Assembly (NCBI GenBank): GCA_902779945.1
Contig: CACZDN010000003.1
Location: 16,549 to 80,548 of the forward strand
DNA length: 64,000 bases
Direction of reading: 5' to 3'
Origin: Oscillospiraceae bacterium
GTDB lineage: Bacteria; Bacillota; Clostridia; Oscillospirales; Oscillospiraceae
The position numbers were made by a program, and so were the translations under genes. Below, in pieces: positions 33,733 to 40,821 of this stretch (within the stretch, counting starts at the first letter, position 1; every line of letters begins with the position of its first letter). The notes under the pieces were generated by a model that made no database searches, was not told where the DNA came from, and was given only the letters and a program-made list of their open reading frames with translations.

Positions 33733-35533
33733 TAAGGCGTTTTCCCTGCACCTGCTGCGGCGCTTCTGGCCGCTGTGGGCGCTGTGGCTTGTGCTGCTGC
33801 TGGTGATCGGCGTCGGCGACCCGCTGGGCTATTCGCCGGAGTCCTATATGAGCTATTCCCTCTATGTGCAGGAGCTCAACCGCGTGATCCTGGAGGTCGG
33901 CGTCGCTCTCGTGTACTGCGCCATCGCGGCGGGGCCGCTCGTGGCCATGGCGATGCTGGGCTATCTCTACAGCCCCCGCGCCTGCAATATGGTCTGCGCC
34001 CTGCCCATGCGGCGGGAGGAGACGTATTTCACCGCGGTCCTGACCGGCCTTGCGCCGCTGCTTGCGGCGGACGTGCTGGTGTGGCTTCTGCTCCTCGCCC
34101 TCTTCGGCAGGGTCGAGGGGATCGACCTCACTCACATCCATCTCTGGCTGGGGCTTGCGGTGATGGGCAACGTCGCCTTCTACGGCTTCGCCTGCTTCTG
34201 CGGGGTGCTCACGGGCAATACCGTGGTGCTGCCGCTCGTGTATGTCGCCCTCGGCTGCGCCGCGGTGGTGATTGAGAACACGACCCGCGACCTGCTGGAG
34301 CTGCTGGTCTACGGCTACAACTCGAACGGGGAGCTCTTCAAATGGCTCTCGCCCATCCCCTGCGTGCTGACGGACCTCGGGGTCTATCAGCTCGGCGCGG
34401 AGGGCGGGGTATGGGCCGTGCACGGCGTCTCGTACCTTGCAGGCTTCACGGCGGCTGGGATCGTCCTGCTCCTGCTCGGGGCGCTGATCCTCAAAAAGCG
34501 GCACATGGAGACGGCGGGCGACATCGTGGCCGTCCCGGTCCTGCGGCCCATCTTCCGCGTGTGCATGGCTGTGGGCATGAGCCTCGTGTTCACCTGCTTT
34601 GGAAGCGACGCTTTCTTCGGCAACCGCCCCCCCACGGCGGCGGTCTTCACGCTGCTGATCCTCGGCGCGGCGCTGGGGTACTTCATGGCGGAAATGCTCA
34701 TCCGAAAGACTCTCCGCGTCTTCGACCACGGGTGGAAGCAGCTCGCCCTCATCTGCCTCTGCCTCGCCCTGCCCTTCGTCCTTGCGGAGCTGGACGTGAC
34801 GGGTTACGAGACGCGCGTCCCCGAAACGGCGCAGATCGAGAGCGCCGCCTTCGGATACGACGTGAAGCGCATAGCAGAGCCCGAATCGCTCGCGGCCTTC
34901 ACGGATTTCCACCGCGCCCTCATCGCGCACAAGGCCGAGAACGAGCAGGCCCGTCGGCGCGCCTATACGACGATCCCGCTGACCTACACCATGAAGGACG
35001 GCAAAACCCTCACGCGTCTCTACCGCGTCCCGAAGGACGAGCGCGCTCAGACGGACCCCGACTCTGACATCGCGGCCTGGCAGAAGATCTGCAATCTGCC
35101 GGAACTGATCCTCCGCCGCACCGGGGCGGACCGGCCCTTCGAGGCGGACGAGGTGCGCTCCGCCTCCGTCGAGCTGCGGTCGAAGGACCGGGGCGGCTGG
35201 GCGTACTTGACCATCGCCCTCACGCCCGGGCAGGCCGTGAGCCTTTTTGAGGAGGGCGTCTGGCCCGACGCGAGGGAGGGGAACATCGGGCGCTGGTACG
35301 CTTATGTGAGCGACGAGTCTCGTTTGGAGCAGTCCAACGTGGAGATCACGCTGGAGCTCACGGGCGAGAACGAGGACGCGCCCCTGCATGTCTACGCGGA
35401 AAACGGCGCCGTCCATACCTACCGGGACGGCGACTACTACTGCTTTACCGTGCTCATGTCCTCCGCGCACACGATCCAATGGCTGGAGAAAAACCTCAGC
35501 GTCACCCCCGTGCGCGAGGCGGAGCTTGGGTAA
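33707..35533 (+). CDS. Large multi-pass membrane protein, putative ABC-2-type permease partner
   Basis: Many TM segments followed by a soluble C-terminal region. RBS GGGAGGGG. Overlaps the ATPase gene by 26 nt. Confidence 0.65.
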   Translation: MRSRTSFFNKAFSLHLLRRFWPLWALWLVLLLVIGVGDPLGYSPESYMSYSLYVQELNRVILEVGVALVYCAIAAGPLVAMAMLGYLYSPRACNMVCALPMRREETYFTAVLTGLAPLLAADVLVWLLLLALFGRVEGIDLTHIHLWLGLAVMGNVAFYGFACFCGVLTGNTVVLPLVYVALGCAAVVIENTTRDLLELLVYGYNSNGELFKWLSPIPCVLTDLGVYQLGAEGGVWAVHGVSYLAGFTAAGIVLLLLGALILKKRHMETAGDIVAVPVLRPIFRVCMAVGMSLVFTCFGSDAFFGNRPPTAAVFTLLILGAALGYFMAEMLIRKTLRVFDHGWKQLALICLCLALPFVLAELDVTGYETRVPETAQIESAAFGYDVKRIAEPESLAAFTDFHRALIAHKAENEQARRRAYTTIPLTYTMKDGKTLTRLYRVPKDERAQTDPDSDIAAWQKICNLPELILRRTGADRPFEADEVRSASVELRSKDRGGWAYLTIALTPGQAVSLFEEGVWPDAREGNIGRWYAYVSDESRLEQSNVEITLELTGENEDAPLHVYAENGAVHTYRDGDYYCFTVLMSSAHTIQWLEKNLSVTPVREAELG

Positions 35534-35584
35534 AGCGTTCACAAACTCTTCCGCGTTCGTTCAAAAAAGCTTGTTCCTTTGTTC

Positions 35585-35613
35585 ATGACAGCTTCATATT
35601 TCTTTCGTATAGT
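35585..35613 (+). promoter_or_regulatory. Candidate promoter of htrA
   Basis: ATGACA, 17-nt spacer, TATAGT. Confidence 0.4.
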
Positions 35614-35673
35614 AAGCGCGTAAACGAAAGCGAAGGCTTTCCGCACAATCTCATCAATAAGAAGGTCTCAGAA

Positions 35674-37038
35674 ATGTTCGATCCGGAAGAAGAATTCACG
35701 CCGGAGAAACCTGAACAAAACGACAGAGTCAACGGCGAATATCACTACAAAAACGGCTATTCCCAGCGCATTTACTCCGACGCCCACTATGTCCGCGCGG
35801 ATGAGAGCACCACGCCCCCGCGCTACTATACCCCCCCGCAGAAGCCCGAGCGGGAAGAAAAACCGCGCAGCTCCCGCAAGGGGGTCGGCCTCGGCGCCGT
35901 GATCGCGAGCTGCCTCGTCTGCGCGATGCTGGGCGGCATCGGCGGCAGCGCCCTGGTCGCCTCCGTGCTCACCAGGCGCATCGACGACGTCTCCCAGAGC
36001 GTGACGGAGCTGAGCGAGCGCCAGCCCATCCTCCAGCAGACCACCGTCGCGGCGCCCGCCGCCGCGGCCAGCACCGTCTACACGGGCGAAATGTCCGCGG
36101 GCGACCTCTATGACATGGCCTGCCAGCAGGTCGTCGGCGTGAGCACCGCCGTCACCTACACCAACTTCTTCGGTATGCCCGTCTCCGCCGCGGTCAGCGG
36201 CTCCGGCTTCATCATCACGGCGGACGGCTATATCATGACCAACTGCCATGTGGTGGAGGACGCCTACAAGCGCGGCCTCGAGGTCAGCGTAATCCTCCAC
36301 GACGGGACGCGCTACTCCGCCCAGGTCGTCGGCATCGAGCCTGACAACGACATCGCCATCCTCAAGATCGACGCGACCGGGCTGAACGCCGCCACCCTCG
36401 GCAACAGCGACACCATGCGCGTGGGCGACAGCGTCTACGCCGTGGGCAACCCCCTGGGCGAGCTGGACTTCTCCATGACCAGCGGCCATGTCAGCGCGAA
36501 GGACCGCCGCATCGTGACCGACAGCCACAACGAGGCGATCCCCATGTTCCAGTTTGACGCGGCCATCAACTCCGGCAACTCCGGCGGCCCCGTGTACAAC
36601 GCCCGGGGCGAGGTGGTCGGCGTCGCCACCGCGAAGCCCGCGTCCTCCGGCGTGGAGGGCATCAGCTTCGCCATCCCGATCAACGACGCGGCCATCATCG
36701 CCAAGGACATCCTGACCACCGGCTACGTCACCGGCAAGGCCTGGCTTGGCGTCACGGTCAACAGCAAGTATAACCAGATGTACGCCCAGTACTACGGCTG
36801 GCCTCTCGGCGCGTATATCGACAGCGTGACCTCCGGAAGCTGTGCCGAGACCGCCGGCATCCAGGCAGGCGACATCATCACCGCGATCGACGGGGAAGAG
36901 ATCACAGGCTATGACGGCCTGCGCGCCGCGATCAAACGCCATTCCGCCGGCGAGACCGTAGAGGTCGAGCTCTACCGCGCCGACGAGAGCCGCACCGTTA
37001 CCGTCACCTTCGACGAGGAGCGGCCGGAATCCAATTGA
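35674..37038 (+). CDS. htrA: HtrA/DegP-family trypsin-like serine protease with TM anchor and PDZ domain
   Basis: Catalytic triad motifs TNCHVV, DIAILKI and GNSGGPV. C-terminal PDZ (GAYIDSV..GIQAGDIITAIDG). Confidence 0.85.
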   Translation: MFDPEEEFTPEKPEQNDRVNGEYHYKNGYSQRIYSDAHYVRADESTTPPRYYTPPQKPEREEKPRSSRKGVGLGAVIASCLVCAMLGGIGGSALVASVLTRRIDDVSQSVTELSERQPILQQTTVAAPAAAASTVYTGEMSAGDLYDMACQQVVGVSTAVTYTNFFGMPVSAAVSGSGFIITADGYIMTNCHVVEDAYKRGLEVSVILHDGTRYSAQVVGIEPDNDIAILKIDATGLNAATLGNSDTMRVGDSVYAVGNPLGELDFSMTSGHVSAKDRRIVTDSHNEAIPMFQFDAAINSGNSGGPVYNARGEVVGVATAKPASSGVEGISFAIPINDAAIIAKDILTTGYVTGKAWLGVTVNSKYNQMYAQYYGWPLGAYIDSVTSGSCAETAGIQAGDIITAIDGEEITGYDGLRAAIKRHSAGETVEVELYRADESRTVTVTFDEERPESN

Positions 37039-37084
37039 TACTTTTCTTTCTCCTATAATTCTCTCTTTTCTCCCAAACGAAGGG

Positions 37085-37116
37085 CCGCAGGGTAAAACCT
37101 GCGGTTCTTTGTTTTT
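37085..37116 (+). terminator. Rho-independent terminator of htrA
   Basis: Stem ccgcagg / cctgcgg, 6-nt loop, then ttctttgttttt. Confidence 0.7.
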
Positions 37117-37274
37117 GCCCGCGCCCGCCGGAAATGCGGCGCGCGCCATGCCGTCCGCCGTTCAACAGCCGGGGCGTTCCGGGATACAGGCTGCTGCAAA
37201 ATCGCCGTGAAAACAGACAGCGTTCCCGCGTTTTGAGACGGCCTTTTCTCGGAACAAATGCACCGAAAAAAAAC

Positions 37275-37303
37275 TTGCCAAAATAAAATTCCTGTTGTAT
37301 ATT
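37275..37303 (+). promoter_or_regulatory. Promoter of the GGDEF-EAL gene
   Basis: TTGCCA, 17-nt spacer, TATATT, in an AT-rich stretch. Confidence 0.5.
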
Positions 37304-37336
37304 TTTATAAATAAATTGACATACCAAAGGGGAGCT

Positions 37337-39076
37337 ATGGTTGCCATGAAAGATAGAGGCGGCGTCAGACAGCATATAAGAGATTATATGGATCGTCTGT
37401 TTTACGGCGTCAGGGGTCCGCGGCTCGGGCTTGTTTTGCTGATCCTGGTGTATACACTCTGCGTCTTTTATACCGAAAAGACCTCTCGCTCCGAGGGGAT
37501 GGTTTTCGTCGCGAATCAGGCCATCCCTCTGCGCTCGCTGACGGGGGCGGTCTCGTCGTTCGGAAATATCTGTGTGTTTTTGATGGTCGTCTTTTACAAA
37601 AAGCCGGGCGCCATCGTTTCGCTCGTCTCTCTGTTCTACCAGATTCCCCGCATCCTGATGGGTATTTTTCTGGCCCACAACTATACCAGCACCGCGGGCC
37701 TGGTCATGAACTTTGTGGCCATCGGCATTGTCATCCTGCTGTATCACAACAACAAGCAGATCGACCGCTACCAGACGCGGCTGCGGATGCAGGCCACCAC
37801 GGACATGCTCACCGGCCTTCCGAACCGCTTTGCCTGCAATGAGCTGCTGGACACCCTTATCAAGCAGAACACGCGCTTCGCCGTCGCGGTGCTGAACCTG
37901 AACAACTTCAAGCGCATCAACAACACCATGGGCGTCGGCACGGGCAATCAGGTCCTGGCCGGGATCGCCCACCGCTGGCGCGAATTTGAGAAGCAAAAGC
38001 TCTCCGGCACGCGGGATCTCATCACCTGCCAGGGCGGGGACGAGTTTGCCCTGATCGTGCGCGAGTACAACTCCGACGAGGAGCTGATCAACACCATCAC
38101 CCGCTACAAGGAGCTGCTCGAGGAAAAAATCACCATCGACGGCTGCGATTATTATACGACCGCCCGCATCGGCTACGCGGAATACCCCCGCGACGCCAAG
38201 ACCGCCGAGGCGCTGCTGGCCTGCGCGAGCACTGCCATGTACGAATCCAAGAACCGCGGCACAGACATCATGCGCTACTCGGTCGACGCCAACGACGCCG
38301 AGCGCTCCCTGAAGATGGAGCGCATGATCCGGGACGCGCTGGAGCACGGCGGCATCTATTATGTCCTCCAGCCACAGTTTGACATTACCCACCGTCTCAG
38401 TGGCTTTGAGGCCCTCGCCCGTATGCGGGACCCGGACGGCAACGTGGTCAGCCCCGGCGACTTCATCCCCGTCGCGGAAAAGCTCGGCCTGGTCGACAAG
38501 ATCGACCGCGCCGTCTTCCGCCAGTCCGCGGAGTACTTCGGAAAGCTCATCCGGGAGACGGGCACCGACAGCACGCTGAGCGTCAATATCTCGGTCCGCC
38601 ACCTGCTGAAAAACGACTTTCTGGACGAGGTCCGGGATATCCTCAGCACCAGCGGCGTCCCCGCCGGCCAGCTCGAGCTGGAGATCACGGAGTCTATCAT
38701 GATCGACTCCGTGGAAAAGGCGCTGCAGTGCATCAACGACATCCGGGACATGGGCATCAAAATCGCCATCGACGATTTCGGCACCGGCTACTCGTCGCTG
38801 AGCTATCTGAACAATTTCCCCGCCGACATGCTCAAGGTGGATAAATCCTTCATCGACCGCATGAACTCGAACGAGTCGTCGAAGAAGTACGTCGCGGCGA
38901 TCATCTCCATTGGACATGTGATGAACTTCACCGTCATCTCCGAGGGCGTGGAGGAGCCCGAACAGCTCGACACCCTGCGCAGCATCGGCTGCGACTACAT
39001 CCAGGGCTTCCTCTGGGGCCGCCCCATGTCCCCCGAGAACGCGACCAGCCTCGTCATGGAGTCGATGAAGGCCTGA
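37337..39076 (+). CDS. Membrane-anchored GGDEF-EAL protein (diguanylate cyclase/phosphodiesterase)
   Basis: N-terminal TM segments. Intact GGDEF (CQGGDEFAL). EAL-domain motifs FEALARM, ELEITES, IAIDDFGTGYSSL and QGF. Confidence 0.9.
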   Translation: MVAMKDRGGVRQHIRDYMDRLFYGVRGPRLGLVLLILVYTLCVFYTEKTSRSEGMVFVANQAIPLRSLTGAVSSFGNICVFLMVVFYKKPGAIVSLVSLFYQIPRILMGIFLAHNYTSTAGLVMNFVAIGIVILLYHNNKQIDRYQTRLRMQATTDMLTGLPNRFACNELLDTLIKQNTRFAVAVLNLNNFKRINNTMGVGTGNQVLAGIAHRWREFEKQKLSGTRDLITCQGGDEFALIVREYNSDEELINTITRYKELLEEKITIDGCDYYTTARIGYAEYPRDAKTAEALLACASTAMYESKNRGTDIMRYSVDANDAERSLKMERMIRDALEHGGIYYVLQPQFDITHRLSGFEALARMRDPDGNVVSPGDFIPVAEKLGLVDKIDRAVFRQSAEYFGKLIRETGTDSTLSVNISVRHLLKNDFLDEVRDILSTSGVPAGQLELEITESIMIDSVEKALQCINDIRDMGIKIAIDDFGTGYSSLSYLNNFPADMLKVDKSFIDRMNSNESSKKYVAAIISIGHVMNFTVISEGVEEPEQLDTLRSIGCDYIQGFLWGRPMSPENATSLVMESMKA

Positions 39077-39110
39077 CCGACCGGTCCCGCACAGAAAAAC
39101 AAACTATACA

Positions 39111-39143
39111 AAAAACGTACGGCAAACCCGCCGTACGTTTTTT
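39111..39143. terminator. Bidirectional terminator
   Basis: Stem aaacgtacggc / gccgtacgttt, flanked by an A-run and a T-run. Lies between convergent genes. Confidence 0.7.
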
Positions 39144-39190
39144 CGCGTTATAGCATTTCCCGCCGGGGCGTCGCCCATGTGATTCTCTCA

Positions 39191-39976
39191 TCAATACGTC
39201 TTCGGACACACGCTGTCAGCGAGCTCCTTGATCAGCGCTCTGGACGCGCGCTCCTTCTCCTCCGGGGTGAGCTCCGGCGCGGGCTCCGGCTCAACCACCT
39301 CGGCCACGATCTCCACGGGCTTTCGGCGGCTGTGGAGACGGACGAAGAAGGCCACGGGCACGCCGGTGCATATGAGGGAGCCGACGATCCTGACGGTCGC
39401 GGAGAGCTTCTGATAATCGGCCCAGAAAAGGGGCAGGGCCGCGTCCGCGAGGGCGCAGACAAGGCACAAAATGCCGATGCCGAGCAGGCTGCGCCGGTTC
39501 AGAATCTTTTTGAGCGGCAGCTCGGGAAACGCCGTTTTCACCGCAAGGGCAAAAACCAGCGCCGCCAGCAGCGCGATGCCGACCCAGCTCAGGAGCCTGG
39601 CCGCCGCGGGGGACAGCACCGACGCCCACAGCGTGGACAACAACAGCGAAGCCGCCGTGCCCAGGGCCCAGAGCGGCACGCCGACCAGCGCCCGCACCCC
39701 CGCCGGGGCCGCGCGCATGAGCCTGCGCACGCCGGAATACGCGCCGCGCTTTTCCTCGTCGCTCCCGACCTCTTCCTCGGAAACGCCGTCGTCCGCGCCC
39801 AGGTCGTCATGCTGCGGGCTGTCCGCAACGATGGTCTGCACGACGGGCGCGGGCCCGTCGTTCATCAGCTCGTCGGGCGAGGCGTAGGCACCTCCGACCA
39901 GCATCCCCGCCGCCGTCGCCGCGGCCACCGCGGTGGCGGCAACGGTTCCGCCGGCGCTTTTTTTCTTTTTGGTCAT
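39191..39976 (-). CDS. Hypothetical membrane protein with acidic N-terminal and C-terminal regions
   Basis: ATG at 39976 with GGAGG upstream. 4-5 predicted TM helices. No family recognised. Confidence 0.6.
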   Translation of the reverse strand: MTKKKKSAGGTVAATAVAAATAAGMLVGGAYASPDELMNDGPAPVVQTIVADSPQHDDLGADDGVSEEEVGSDEEKRGAYSGVRRLMRAAPAGVRALVGVPLWALGTAASLLLSTLWASVLSPAAARLLSWVGIALLAALVFALAVKTAFPELPLKKILNRRSLLGIGILCLVCALADAALPLFWADYQKLSATVRIVGSLICTGVPVAFFVRLHSRRKPVEIVAEVVEPEPAPELTPEEKERASRALIKELADSVCPKTY

Positions 39977-39997
39977 TTCGCATTGCCTCCGTTTTTA

Positions 39998-40128
39998 CTA
40001 TAAAAGCTGACGCCTTTATAGACGTTTCTGAGTGTGCGTAATCCTCGCCGCTCATGCGGCAGCCGGATTTCATGCACATGTAAATCCCCGAATTCATTGT
40101 GGCGAGGCTTGCCGCATGGGGGATTTAC
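39998..40128. repeat. Family A structured intergenic repeat, copy 1 (131 bp)
   Basis: Near-identical to 63279-63419, apart from a few substitutions and a ~12-nt indel. Contains several mutually complementary segments. Confidence 0.8.
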
Positions 40129-40245
40129 CGTGAAAGCGCCGCTTTCACGGGTAAGCTTTGATCCGGGCGCCTGTTTCCCGCAAACGCTGCGGCAGACGAA
40201 ACAGATGCGCAGCCTCCATGCGCTGCGGCGCAGGGGCGTTTATCC

Positions 40246-40284
40246 GGAAAAAGGCACAGCGTCCGGGAAGCGACGCTGTGCCTT
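40246..40284 (-). terminator. Rho-independent terminator of ireB
   Basis: 13-bp stem aaggcacagcgtc / gacgctgtgcctt, with a T-run on the minus strand. Confidence 0.7.
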
Positions 40285-40299
40285 TCGATACCTCGGAGC

Positions 40300-40542
40300 T
40301 TATTTGTCCAGGTAGCACTTGAGCAGCTCCTGCATCAGCTCGTCCCGGTCGATGCGGCAGATGAGCGTGCGGGCGTTGTTGTAGTTGGTGATGTAGGTCG
40401 GGTCCTCCGAGAGGATGTAACCCACGATCTGGTTGATGGGATTGTAGCCCTTGACCATCAGGGAGTTATAGACCGAGGAGAGGATCTCCTTCATTTCGGC
40501 CTTGCTGTCGAGCGCTGTAAATTTACGGGTTGCGTCTTCCAT
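40300..40542 (-). CDS. ireB: IreB-family regulatory phosphoprotein (UPF0297)
   Basis: KGYNPINQIVGYILSEDPTYI....AR.LI..IDRDEL..EL...YL signature. RBS GAGGAGG. Confidence 0.9.
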   Translation of the reverse strand: MEDATRKFTALDSKAEMKEILSSVYNSLMVKGYNPINQIVGYILSEDPTYITNYNNARTLICRIDRDELMQELLKCYLDK

Positions 40543-40576
40543 GCGGGAATCCTCCTCTTTCGTTGTTCATGGCCCC

Positions 40577-40585
40577 ATTATACCA
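40577..40585 (-). promoter_or_regulatory. Extended -10 element (TGGTATAAT) upstream of ireB
   Basis: Minus strand reads tggTATAAT. No well-spaced -35. Confidence 0.4.
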
Positions 40586-40732
40586 GAAAACGTTGTCAAG
40601 TAAAGACGCGGGAGGGCAAAATTTCTTTAAGAATGCTTAAATTTTTTGGAAATACTCCCAGCCGCCGTCACGGCCTCGCGGAACGAAGCAGTCCCCACCG
40701 TGTCATGGCTTATCGGAATGCAGCGCGTTCCT

Positions 40733-40785
40733 GCCATCCTGAGCGAAGCTGCCCCCCCTGTCATCCTTCGACTCAAAATGACAGG
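40733..40785. repeat. Family C motif copies plus an 11-bp stem hairpin just downstream of pheT
   Basis: Contains gccatcctgagcgaagc, then ccccctgtcat-ccttcgactcaaa-atgacaggggg. Confidence 0.5.
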
Positions 40786-40821
40786 GGGCAAGCGCTTCCC
40801 GGGGGATGCGGGAGGAGCGTG

